Below, piece after piece: positions 40,023-52,648 of a DNA stretch of 64,000 nucleotides. Made by a program: the position numbers and the translations under genes. The stretch spans positions 3,596,001 through 3,660,000 of the forward strand of contig NW_026262604.1 of assembly GCF_021869535.1 (NCBI RefSeq). Direction: 5' to 3'. Every line of letters begins with the position of its first letter. Position 1 is the stretch's first letter. This DNA is from Mytilus californianus. Its lineage: Eukaryota. Below the pieces are notes generated by a model. It saw only the letters and a program-made list of their open reading frames with translations. It was not told where the DNA came from and made no database searches.

Positions 40023-40807
40023 TCAAAAAAAGAACATTGACGAACGTAAACAAAAAAAGTAGTAATCATAAGAGTACTGAACTATAGACAATCGATATTA
40101 TAAGTCAAGAAAACAAAACAAAAAACTCGATATACCTTTACTGTAATAAAGTATAGTTTTAGAGTATGTAAGCAAATCAAAAGAAATTTTGCCGCTGATT
40201 AAAAATAAAACTTCAGTACAGTAAAATGATGTAAAGTGTAAGCAGGCATTGTTTAGTTCAAGGCAAAACAAAATCGTAATTTTATTACTATTACAAAAAC
40301 TCTATTCCTTCTACATGATTTATAAATATTTATACAATGTAAAATGCACAACTTGTACATACTGTAAAAATCTGTGACCAGTAAAAAGGTAAACTTGAGA
40401 TCAATAGGTTGTTATACCATATATGAAATCAATTTAAAACAAATATACCTTGTGATATGTTACAGAAAAAGTAAAATGCACCTTTTTTTAAGAATCTTAC
40501 AGCTTCAGAGAAAATGACCTGAGCTATTTACAAGAAATCAGCTGACACAACTTAAATTCCCCAAAATCAATTTGAATATACCGTTTTACCCTTAGTTATT
40601 TTGGCTATTAACTGCCTTCTTATGTAATAAAAAAATGTGTATAAGTTTTCCTTCATGCAACATGAGTTTGTCGAGAGAAAACATTCAGTGCGTCTTTCTC
40701 ACAAAAAACATGATGATAAGCAAACTTGACAATTAAAAGTATTCTATAAGATAAATCCCACCTCAAAAACTGCTCATGTTTGTGTGCATCGTAAATAACA
40801 CGCAAAT

Positions 40808-41548
40808 CTAATTGTTTTTTTCAAAATCTTTAGTTGCTTCCTGGATTTTTGAGATTTTATCCCCCAATCGCACAAATGATTCTTGTTTCTGCTTTATGTC
40901 CTTGTGTGTGTCAAGAAGCCTTTCGTTGGTAGCAATCAGGCTGTTTAATACATTAGGCAAAGATTTATCAAAAATACTTATTATCACCTTACTATATTCT
41001 GCACCAACTGATTTTTCGAAACTTTCCTCTAAGACAGACGTTGATATCTGTGACAGGCAGCTATCATAGATCATATCTGCGGTTTTACGATAAAGATCCG
41101 AACCAAAAATCAAATAGCCGCCCCAAAATAAGGGAACAGATATCAAAGCAAATGCAACCGAAATGACTATTGCTAAAGGTAAAAGCAGAAGCCCCAAAAA
41201 AATAATACTACTGTTAGGACTGTATTGTACGCTTGGATCTGGCCCGGTCATAACTAACTCTATTTCCTGCAGTTTTGATAATATATCTTCGACATGTGTT
41301 CTAATTTTTGTGTCTGCATCATCAATGATTTGTTTTACTTCCTGTCCTTTGCACCATCGCTGTATTCCACTTTTAAGTCTGGCTGGAACTTCTCCACTTA
41401 GACTTATGTATGAGACTTCACATATTCCTTTCGTATCAGGAGGATTAAGGATGTGCTCTCGTCCCTCTGGCGAATGAAGGTATAAATGCAGCTTCTCTGT
41501 TAGCTCTGTAATTATTGTCTTTTTGTACTCTTCCAATTCTTTGCTTGA
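40808..41548 (-). CDS. Gene B terminal exon 9 (SSKELEEYK...KDFEKNN*)
   Basis: ttgtag|TCA, 741 nt to the stop; corresponds to track ORF 40808..41536. Confidence 0.9.
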   Translation of the reverse strand, partial: SSKELEEYKKTIITELTEKLHLYLHSPEGREHILNPPDTKGICEVSYISLSGEVPARLKSGIQRWCKGQEVKQIIDDADTKIRTHVEDILSKLQEIELVMTGPDPSVQYSPNSSIIFLGLLLLPLAIVISVAFALISVPLFWGGYLIFGSDLYRKTADMIYDSCLSQISTSVLEESFEKSVGAEYSKVIISIFDKSLPNVLNSLIATNERLLDTHKDIKQKQESFVRLGDKISKIQEATKDFEKNN

Positions 41549-44500
41549 CTACAAAAGTTAAGGAATATGAAAATTAATAGCAATTTGTGTAGTCGCAAAA
41601 CCTTTTGCGCACTTCGAATAAAAAAGTCAAAATATTTTAGTTGACACATGCTCCTTTGAAAAGCTTTAATCAGATGAGCGAAAAACAACTTTAAAAAGTA
41701 ATCCGTGAGGAGGCTAAATATATAGTGGTATTCTAGGGAACAGATAAAATCGTCTTTATTCGAAGCCTAAGATTACCTGGATTACCTAAACTTTATGTTT
41801 TATGTATTTCATGAGATGAATAAGTCAATTTGTTTGTTAGAAGCAGCTTTTCGTGTTTATTAAGTAAATCATCGATAAAACTAACCCGAGATTAAAACAG
41901 TCATAATGAATATTTCCAGTCATAACTGTAAACTTGTACTTCGCTTTAAACAAAAATTAGCCAACGTTCATACAATAGTTCAAGACGTTACATACAAAGG
42001 TTATTTTTCATTAAAATCAGTGCCATTTCAATGACTGAAAATGTGAAAGCTGTTTAAAATTAAATATGATAAGGGCCTTATGCATTTTTAAACACCGTCG
42101 GTAGGTTTTGCTGCACTTGAAGAAAACGTGAAATGTTATGCATATTCAATAGGAATAAAAAAGGGAAATAATTAGAATAAAAGGGTTATTCATATGAGAT
42201 CCTTTTTCGAAATCTAAAAACGTTTTGCTTTTTATGTACGATGGAGATTGGAATTCTTTAACTACATATCGGTCTACAGATATATTCTCTGTGATATAAC
42301 GGTAAACGTAAAACTCATGAGAGCTGATATTACTTTAATACATATAGTAATCTTAGACGAGAGGAACAAACTAAAGATAACGCAGAATAATGTCCTCGTG
42401 TATCAAATATAAAGAGAACGATTTCTCATTTAGTATGAAACTGTAACTAATAACTTGTTTAGACCATCGCACTTCAGCGAGACCATCGCACTTCAACGTC
42501 CCCATCGCACCTTCCAGAAAGAACATATAATAATTTAATACATATCTCTCACAAAATGGTCAAAATGCCTAGTTGTGTTACTATTAGAATACACACTGTT
42601 TGTAAAATATTTGGATAATCATGGTACGAAAAAAAGTTAAAATAGCAAAAATTAACCGAGGAAAACTCAAAACGGAAAGTCCTTTTATCAAATGGGAAAA
42701 TCAAAAGCTCAAACGAATGGTACAGTCATTTCCTCAGGTAGAAAATGGTGGATTACAAAGTGAAATCTTAAAGACTTAATTCACTGTAAAATCTTTGTTG
42801 AAAGTTTATTTTGAATAGTAAAAAAGGTCATATGAAATTGAACTAGATTACCTTAGTTTACCTATGTCTGAGATCAGAAGTACCTGTATTTGGACTTCCG
42901 GGAACAAATTCTCTCGTATGTGCAATTATAGGTATGTTGACTTTTTCATTATAAGTCGGGCGTAGGTAATGATTTAATATGACATAATTTTCACTTTATT
43001 CAAACTTAAGACAGAATGGCAATGAACATGTAAAATTGTTGAATCTTACACCGAAAGCAGTGGAGAGATAAATAAGTGGTTTGAAACATGTTAACGTGCA
43101 CATTTTCTTTTTTGTTAGATTGAAATTTTTCCGAACTTTTTTCCTATTTTGTTATAGATTTACCTCCTGGCATTTGGTTTGCAAGTCATGAATCTTTGAA
43201 ATGTTTTGATTTATGAAGCCTTGTTGTTCTTCTTCTGTCCTCTTTAACATTTTCAGTCGTGTAAGTGTACCTCTCTCTGCATTTCGTATGAAATCTTTCA
43301 AAAATCTATAAAAAGTTATGATAATAGATCATTTTACCTTTTCTTCTGTCTGATATTTGACATTTATTCAACAAGGCAATTGTCATACACATATTCAAAT
43401 ACAAACGTCTAAAAAGTAAAATCACATAAATACTGAACTCCGAGGAAAATTCAAAATAGGAAAATCCCTAATCAAATGGCAAAATCAAAAGCTCAAACAC
43501 ATCAAACGAATGGAAAGCAACTGGCATAGTCCTGACCTGGAATAGGCATTTTCGTATATTGAAAATGGTAGATTAAACCTTGTTTTAAAGTTAATTCAAC
43601 CTCTTACTTGTATGACAGTCTTTTTTACGTATTTCTGTACTTTGTTTTAATAACATTATACATGTTATAGAGAACATGAGAATTAACACAGTTTTGTCAT
43701 TTAAAAAATACAAAACGAGATACAAACTAACCTGTAATAGAATTCCACTCTTTTATTGTCATTCTTTTCAATAGTTTCCGTTAAAACGGTTTCGAATCTC
43801 TTATATTCAGCAGTAAAACAGTTATTGATCCCTTTCCGAACCTCAAAAAGTAAATCAGAGATAAATTTACATAACGTAGAATATGACATTGAAAACTTTC
43901 TCAAATTGCACACTCATACTCATTTTATTAAGCTTCTTATTATAAAATAATTTATTCTATAAAGGTATAGGTGAAGATGTGCGATCCTGGTTCAATAAAA
44001 TGTTTTCGGTGAGTTTGTGTGTGTGTTTCTTTTTAATCTGTTTTATGTTTCCTGTATATTACATAAACCATCATCAAAATGCTGATCTTTTTTTATCGGT
44101 AGCATATTTGTCGTGTTTTGTGGATTGCCAATTAATACGTTCACACTATACAGCCTTAATATATGTATGGCTCTCTAAACACACGTCAGCTCTCAACAAC
44201 TACAGCAACAATTTTGCATTAGCAAACATCAGACAACAATCTGTTTCATTTGTTATTTAGAGAAAATGATATGTTATTGAAGACACAAACCTGAATAAAA
44301 TTCAATCTCTATATTTTAATAGAAAATGATATTTTTTATAGATAGCATAGATGTTTGCTCGCTGTCCACATTTACCTACTGACCAACAGTCCAGTGAAGA
44401 AGAAAAAAAACTAGGTCTTGTGACAGCAGATGATCGTACCTAGAGCAATTGCACATTGACTGAACAAAAAAGTACTTGCCTGCGTTAAGCTTACACGAAA

Positions 44501-47500
44501 TACTTTCTCAACATCAAACGAACACCAGGCATTTTCAAATTTTCTTTGAATAAGCTTCCATGTCTGTGCATGTTGATCCTTTTTTTTGCTTTTGCCATCC
44601 TCGTCTTCGTCTGATGATGAATCGTCATTTTGGATACAATCCCACTGATTTGTAAGAATCATGACCTCTCGTGGATCAAAACAAGGCATTTCTTCTCGAT
44701 TCTCCATAATGGTTTTCAAAATTTTTAAGAGCTGAAAGAAAATAGTAAATAGCATGCGTATTGGTTATATTTCATGTATTCAATATAAGTAGTTTCATTT
44801 GCTAAATACAGGCAACAGTAGTATACCGCTGTTCGAATGTCAAAAATCGATTGAGAGAAAACAAATCCGGGTTACAAACTAAAACCGAGTGAAACACGTC
44901 AACTATAAGAGGAAAACAACCAAACAACAGAAACACTTAAGTGCAACAAAAAATCAAACGACACAAAAAGGAACTATAAGATAAAAACTACCATTTTCCT
45001 GACTTGGTACAGGACATTTTAAGAAAAAATGGTGGGTTGAACCTGGTTTTGTGGCTAGCCAAACCTCGCGCTTTAATGGCAATGTTAAATATAACACTAA
45101 AAGGGCAACATTACATGACAGGACCACAGTACAAATAAATGCAAGAACATTCAGGACAGAGAAATACACAAATAAACAATACAATAATACATTTCGACAT
45201 GCTAATCAAGCTTTATGATCTTGTGAACTATTCCAGTGTTTATAATCTGCTCATTTAAATTGAAGATAAAATATAATTGTATAAGGCTAAAAAGGACAAT
45301 TTTAAACGTATAAGGTATTTTGAATTCAAATATGTTAGACTATAAGTGCGTAGAAAAACAAATAAATTAAATAAAACAAATTGATGGTTAGTTCTTGCTC
45401 CCTACTTGTTCCCCATTATAAATTTGTGATGTATTTACGTTCAATCAACTTTATGTTTACCGAATAGATTAAGTTTCATAAATATAATGGCCATGCATAC
45501 TATTTGCGTCGTATTTTTCTCAATTAATACTGCACAGCGAATTTTATCTAAAATATTAAGCTTCATTTGCTTTCATATAAATAACATTAATTTCGTATTA
45601 ATCGAATGAAAAAACATGACTACTAGATGTATAGAATCAATAAAAAACATGCCTGACAATAGTGTGACAGAATTAACATGGGACAGAGGAAAAGAATGAC
45701 TGACGAAACACGAGTACACTTTCCTAGAAAAACGAAGGATTCGGTTATCCTCTGTGTGCCGTTTTGAGTCATTTTGCCCATTAAACCTCCAAGTATTAAC
45801 ACATTCTTTGCATTCGTGTTTTCGATTTGATCTTTCCTGATTGAATTAATCCAGAAAATTTATCGGACGCACCTAATCTAATAATTTTCATTTTCAATTT
45901 TTATAGTATAATACAATGGATACATTTGAAATTCTTACCCTATCTTCGTGGATTCCACCTGTATCTTTTGCATTTACTACAAACACAAATGAGACAGCAT
46001 GCGGCAAAAATTCAAGTAAAATGTTGTCCAGATTGTCATTCTCTCCTATTCCAGGTGTATCTACTATTATGACATTTCCCTAAAAATGTAAAATACATAT
46101 GCATTTTGCTGTTTTGTAATTCCGGTTAGACTTCAAATGAAATTTGTTCAAAGTTCAAAACTATTTTACAATCACGCGTCGATTTAATTTGAACTCATTT
46201 ATGTGTTAAAATTCTCACGATCAGGTTCTTTTATAGCCAAACATACTACATCTATCGTATTGTCTCGGAATGAGGTGTTCCTATTGTTGAAGGCCGTATG
46301 GTTGCCTTTAAATGTTACATCGACTTCATTTGAAATCTGGTGATATTTTTCAAATGTTTATACTGAACTGTGTATATGTAAATAAGTTCCTGTAGCATGC
46401 AGAGGTATGCTATTAACTAATAGAAAAACAGTCAAACATACCATTGATGTTAGTAATAAATGATATATACAAAATATGACCATTTATTGATGTATGCTGT
46501 TTTTATTTTGATTGGAAGGCTGTTATAATATGTATACTTACCCCATTTACTACCTCACAGATTAATGTTAACATTGAGACCTAATGGGTTACTTTTTTAT
46601 GAAATTGACCGCCAGAATTCATATGTATCACATTTAAACATGCATCATGGAAAAAGAAATAATTTTTAGGACTTTTTATACTATATAGAATTCAAACGGT
46701 CTAAACTTTGTTATAAAAATGCGTTAGTTCACACTTGATAACTATGACTATTTAATGATGTATGCTGTGGTTAACACTTGATAACTTACTTTACATTTCC
46801 GGCAAAGTTATTATCAATAGGAAATTCAATCCGTATTTAATGCAAAGATACCTGGTTGATTTTAATCAGTAAATGGTTTTTTCGCTTTACCTGTTTCCGA
46901 TTGACTTGAATACACTCATTACAAATTTACTATAATCTGTTGCATGTCGATTTTGAAAGAAGGTGAATATGTTTGGAAGAACATATACTATGATAATATT
47001 AATGAAGATTATCTAAACAATGCAAAAGCAAAACTAATGAGGAGAAATTTTCCTGTTAACATTTGATTCCTCGATATATTCTAAATGCTATAAATAGAAA
47101 TGAAACAACACTGTATAAATGGCGTATAAGAACCAAAACAGTTGAATAGCTATATGACCACAATACCAGAAAGTAATAGCTAAATCCATTTAAGGTAAAT
47201 TTTGGCTAGTCTGGGGGTTGGGATGTTAAACCTTATTGTTATTCTTAATTTCTTAATTTTCATATACGGACAACCAAAGAAAGGTTAAAATGGTTACATG
47301 CATGTATGCATGTAAAAAGTGTGATTTATGGTTTTTATAGTACACAGTTCTTTGTCTTCATCAGTTGCTTTTTAAAGTATATTAGTCTACTTAAAAATAA
47401 TATGAAAAAAGTGGTGTAATTATAATTGAGGAAAAAACACTGCTGATTTTTCTCCATATTAAATCAAAGTGAATATGACATAATTTGAATAATAAATAAT

Positions 47501-50500
47501 CTATGGGGCTATTTTTACAAACTAGTCATTTAAACTCCATTTTGCAAGCCATATTAGCACAATTGGTACTATTGATATGATTTGCATGATTTGTTTTTAA
47601 ATGAATAAATTGTACATCAGTGCGATATTGTATAATGACTTTCGCAAATGAGTAGAACCAGTTTTTTTATCAATGGAGATAGTTCTGTAGAAAATGTGAT
47701 GAATTCATAATTGATTTTTTTTTTTGGTTCGTAAAATATTTCAAATCATCATGATGACAAAAACTATGTTAGTGGGATAACCCTGACAGAATTCCAATCA
47801 TTTTGCTTATAACATTTTACCTTCAAAATAGGCACTGGTAAGTACACATCCACAAAGTATTTGTCCTGTCCGTCCTGTGATGCTATTTGAATCTCAGTTA
47901 GTTTTTCGATGATAGATCTTAGTTTCTTTATATCGTCCACTTCTTTCTCTTCCTTCAGAGTTTCTTCTTTTGTAAAACATTTTATTTTTATTGTTTCTGA
48001 ATCCCTTATCCTGGTTATTTTGCCAGTTGTTGCTAAATTGCCTGTTACGAAAACTTTCTTTCCGATAAGTTGATTTATGAGAGTTGTCTTACCAGCACTT
48101 GTTTCTCCTAAAAATAAGAAAAGCTTTATGTTCCATGCATACATAAATTGTTTCAATAATGCAAACCAATAAAAGTTATATGATATGATCGTCGAATGTT
48201 TTCTTCCCAAAATGGAATTATCAATTAACATGTGTTGACCAAAATTTTACATGTAATATCAGTTCCAGGGGTTTCAACTAGTTATAAGTCAAAATCAGAT
48301 ATAGGTTTGTAAGACAAAATAAATCGGTTGTTTTAAATTTCAATTCATCTATATTAATATGATTGTGTTTCTGCATACAAAACACATTCAAGGAAAATAA
48401 AACATGTCATAAATGGTTCGTTAGAAACATTGATGTAAAACTGATTCTCCTGTTCTGGTTTCTTTTTTATTGTTGGTTCATGAGTTCATATTTTATATGT
48501 GTGATATAAAATAAGTTCTCATGAATTTTTTAACTATTCGGTTAATTTGTTAGAAATAAGAGCATGCGTAGTTTAGTAAAAGATTAGTTCCAAACCGACG
48601 TTGACGTTCAGTAAAATTTTTATGCAAATTTGTACTGGCAGACTTTGGATGTAACATTGCCAACAAAAGAAAAATAATAGAGGCTTAATTTGGCACCATG
48701 GTTAGAGGAGTTACCTGTATAATAAGGGAGATCAGAAACCTCAGTACAAGTACATGTATTGTTTATTGTTTGCAGAAAACCAAACGTGTTGCTAACAAAC
48801 CTGCAACGACGATTCCACAATCATTTCTCAGTAAATCACGTTTTGCTGATTGGAAAACAGTCATGTAGTTTGGACAGGCTATCGATAATTCATCTTGTAA
48901 ATCTTTATCATAGTCTGGAGATTCAAGCATTTCTTCCACTGATTCAAACATTACTCTCAATTTTTCAATTTGTTCATCTGGAGACGATTTTTTGGTCGAA
49001 CACCTAACATATAGGTTATCAATTTGTTGCTGACTGTCGAGAGGAAAGATACATACAACAATTATTTATTTTAACTTCAATTATAGTGGTTATTCTAATA
49101 ACTCTGAACGATTAATGAAGGGGGTATTGGTTTGATATTTTAATTGAATATATTCTTTTATTTTGCATTCGCAAAAACTTAAATATAATATGAAATTTGT
49201 TGTTTCTGGAAAACAATTTCAAATGGCATTAGTGCATCTTAAGAGAACTAAAAACTAATAACCTTTATTTATTATTGATCTTAAAATTAAAAAAAAATCA
49301 TTTACTTTGTTGGAATCCGTGGATCTGTATAGTTTTCTTTTAACTCTTTTGTATCTGCAATTGTACAGCAAACATCACAACTCGAATTCGTAAACAATTA
49401 TATTGTGTGGTATATTAAATATAATCCCTATAATTGAATACATCATTATTTGTCATTTGACATTGTGTAGTTTGTTTTACCCTCGTGTATACTTCTCTCC
49501 CAATTCAATACTCGATTAGTGAAGTCTTCACCTATTATTTATACGTTTACCCTTTTTTTTTTTTTTAAAGATATCGATATTAGAAGATGTGGTATGAGTG
49601 GCAATGAGACATCTCTCCATTCAAGTCACAACTTGTAAAAGTAAACCGTTATAGATCAAAGTACGGTCTCAGCAATGAGCCTTGGCTCACACCAAACAGC
49701 AAGATATATATAGGGCCCCAAAAATGACTGGTGTAAAACCATTCAAACGGGAAAACCAACGGTCTAATCTTTTTGCCTGTTTTACAAGATTCCTTAGTTT
49801 AGAATAAACATCTCTGGCTGATGTACTTATTTTTTATTCTTTACTGTTATTTCTAAATGAAAAGCTGTTTTCTCCGATTAGATTTTCACAAAATGTTTTT
49901 TTTGTTTTATTATTAACGTGTAAATCTTTGTTTTCGTCGAATTGTATGGTATACGAGGCAAAGGCACAATCTGCATGTTTTGTCCATGTTTTTATCAAAT
50001 TTTAAAGCCTTTCTTTTATTAATGGTTTACTTGTCCTTTGTAAAGTACTACTGTTTAAAACCTAAAAATTATTATGTTTCTACAAAATGGTACAATGATG
50101 GTCCATGAAATGAAATGCATGTGTTACTGCACTTTATAAGACATATTGATTGTATGAATGTTTTCTAGCATTTGCATTACTAACCAGTAAAAGGGCATGC
50201 ATTTATCATGATTGTTCACTTTTGCGCTTTTGATTATTGTATTTGATAAATGACTTTCTGTTATGAACTTTCCATGAAATCGTTATTTTTGTATATATTT
50301 TTTTTTTTGCATTTTAATATGATGATATTCAACATAATCAATAGAAGAAACAGATCAATTGATTTTAATACAATCAAAATACTGTGTTCTGTAGCAGATG
50401 CAATACTTGTTTATTTAGAATACTTTTATCTCTAAAATGCAGCTTGTCTTTTGCTTATTTTCTTTTTTGTTTTTATGACAATATTTAGAAAGTTTTTTTT

Positions 50501-50942
50501 ATTTCATTACTTAGACAGGCAAATTTTTCTCACGTGAATGTCATATGAAATTCAGATGAAACTCACCTCGAATAACCTCATACATGAAAGGCACGTGCAA
50601 TTTTTTCCATTTCAACTTTAACACCCCCCCCCCCCCCAAAAAAAATTGTAGTCTTCATGATTTAATTTTCATTTGAAAATTTAGATGTTATATAAATAAT
50701 TTGTTTGTTTTTTTTTAAATTCATGTGTTTGCCACGTGAAAACAGTTCATGTGCTTTTCATTAGAAATTCAAACAAATTTCACATCTGAGATTCACCTAA
50801 AACTCACGTCAAATCAGTTCACGTGAGTTTCACGTATAAACTCGTTTAAATTGATAGAAATTTCCCTTTCTAGATCATGTCATAATGTCAAATTAAATAA
50901 ATCGTTTTCTTTACCAGAATCGCATTGCTTCGATGCAGCCAT
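40808..50942 (-). CDS. Gene B: paralogous dynamin-like GTPase (BDLP/mitofusin-like), 9 coding exons, 650 aa
   Basis: Manual model, complement(join(40808..41548,43164..43305,43732..43841,44480..44731,45939..46079,47821..48107,48801..49003,49306..49354,50915..50942)). Total 1953 nt, open frame, same intron phases as gene A. Motifs GETSAGKT, DTPG, TNQWD. Intron 6 needs a GC donor and a GAG acceptor. 50/96 identical residues to A in the P-loop exon (hand count). Confidence 0.85.
43164..43305 (-). CDS. Gene B exon 8 (FLKDFIRNAERGTL...QTKCQE)
   Basis: ttatag| to |gtaaat, 142 nt. Confidence 0.87.
43732..43841 (-). CDS. Gene B exon 7 (VRKGINNCFTAEYKRF...KRVEFYYR)
   Basis: Donor AG|gttagt is clear. 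The only phase-compatible acceptor after the in-frame upstream stop is ctttttgag|GTT, giving 110 nt; the 5' boundary is less certain. Confidence 0.7.
44480..44731 (-). CDS. Gene B exon 6, G4 (LLKILKT...TNQWD...RVSLTQ)
   Basis: tttcag| to CAG|gcaagt (GC donor), 252 nt, same length as A exon 6. Confidence 0.88.
45939..46079 (-). CDS. Gene B exon 5, G3 (GNVIIVDTPGIGE...GGIHEDR)
   Basis: ttttag| to |gtaaga, 141 nt. Confidence 0.92.
47821..48107 (-). CDS. Gene B exon 4, P-loop (GETSAGKTTLINQLIG...VDVYLPVPILK)
   Basis: ttttag| to |gtaaaa, 287 nt. Confidence 0.92.
48801..49003 (-). CDS. Gene B exon 3 (CSTKKSSPDEQ...RNDCGIVVAG)
   Basis: gttag| to |gtttgt, 203 nt. Confidence 0.88.
49306..49354 (-). 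CDS. Gene B exon 2 (DTKELKENYTDPRIPTK)
   Basis: ttgcag| to |gtaaat, 49 nt. Confidence 0.8.
49582..49770 (-). repeat. Partial copy of the same abundant interspersed repeat, in gene B intron 1
   Basis: Reverse complement of 56600-56785. Confidence 0.75.
50915..50942 (-). CDS. Gene B coding exon 1 (MAASKQCDS)
   Basis: ATG at 50942, donor G|GTAAAG, 28 nt, phase 1. Confidence 0.75.
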
Positions 50943-52579
50943 GTTGATGAAAGTACCCTCAAATTAATGCCTACAATATTAGAAAATAGTTATTTAGACA
51001 TTAAGAAATTTATTCGAACTGAAAAAGTTTTGGCAATAACGTTTTCTTTGTCAGGTTATATTGTTTTTACTTTTTCAACCTACTAATCATCAAGGTATAG
51101 GTATGTCCGATAAAAATGTTCATCTTGCTTACCGAAATTTACTCAAAATTTAGAAATATTCATTTTTACATGTTTTTGAACGACATCATTAACATATTTA
51201 AATAAGCATAAACTATCTATTAAAATTGTATTCATATCTATGATTTATACAAATAGTTTGATCGCATCCACAATTTTCGTTGTTTGTTTGTTTCCTAATC
51301 GATTGGTAAGATTTAAAGATCGATAAATTACTGTTCCCTAAAATCCTGCACTTTAAAGCCCAAATCCGGAATTTAGAAGTAGATAAAATTTTGTATGCGT
51401 GTCAAATATGGAACACATTTTTCAACACATTGTGAGCACTTTATTATCGAAATAAATTGCTTAGCATTCAATAATGGGTGCACAAAAAAAACTATGGAAA
51501 AAAAAAAAATAAGGTATCTCTACTTCGTACATTTTCCAACCCACTTGTACTATACACAAGCAGTTCTTGTGATGATCATGGGACGAGATTTTACACAAAC
51601 ATCCAGCTAGTATAAATGAATATGTTTTTTTATTCGTATAACTTTATAAATTTTTTAAAAGCATTTGTTTTTTTTCGTTTCTCTTAATATTCTTACCTTT
51701 CTAAGTCTCCGGTTCGTCTCACATTTGTTTGTAGAAGATAAAGTATATCTGCTTACGAAGATAAAGAGAACAGGTTCGAATTCGGAACATCTGCCAATCA
51801 AATTGCGACATCGTGTGATTAAAACAAACTTGAATCGCTTAACCTGACACAATAAAGTGATACGGTAAGATAAGGTTTAAATGAGGACATAGACACTGCA
51901 AGTTGCTTAATAGTCGAGTATAATTTGCTTCTTATCAGACCTATCATATTTCGCGTGTTTTTATTTGCAATGTTGAAAGATTCAAATCTGGTACAGTTAG
52001 GGGACAACATTAATCTGCCTTTACATTTGATTGCACTGGGCATAGCTTACCATAACATCTTGTTACATTTTTTTATATTGATGTTTAAAACATATTCCAA
52101 AGTACAGCCATATCAAAATTAGAATGTATAAGAATTCAAATATACATTTTGCTTGCTGCCGCTGACTAGCTCTTTCTATCATACCAGTATTATAGTGTTT
52201 AGGTACTCCCTTGATTAACATGAGTATAAACATATGGTCCCTTGATTTCTAATATTCGACAGTAAAATTAAGATGGGCGTCCGTATGGATGGTCGGGCTG
52301 TATGAATATGCAGTCAAATCTAGTTAGAAGGCAGGCTTTAGATATGATGCTTCGTATATGGAACACTGTTTTGCTCTGTACAAGTGATATAAACAGTGTT
52401 CTTGTATGAATCATTTGTTATTCTATTTATTACTATAAATCTGAAGGTTCCTTACAGTCTATTTCGTCCGCCTGCCAAAATATGGCAATTCGATATATTT
52501 TGTTTATTGTTTATTACAAACAAAGTATTGTGTTTAAGAATCAAAACTTATTTTGAAATAAACAGTTTTTCTATAAATT

Positions 52580-52648
52580 ATATCTGGCTATATTAAGTGC
52601 AATCAATTATATATATCATATCTGGCTATATTAAGTGCAATCAATTAT
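52580..52648 (+). repeat. Tandem duplication, 38-bp period x2
   Basis: tatctggctatattaagtgcaatcaattat starts at 52581 and 52619. Confidence 0.8.

Noticed and set aside
40812-41477. Plus-strand ORFs 40812..41069 and 41163..41477
   Set aside because: Antisense shadows of gene B exon 9.
23073-50942. Calling the genes MFN/Marf or bacterial contamination
   Set aside because: G4, length and N-terminus differ from canonical mitofusin and orthology is untested; eight spliceosomal introns and host repeats exclude a bacterial contig.
51697-51850. Candidate non-coding first exon of gene B (donor AAAG|GTAAGA at 51696)
   Set aside because: Plausible, but with no paralog or transcript support the boundaries cannot be set.
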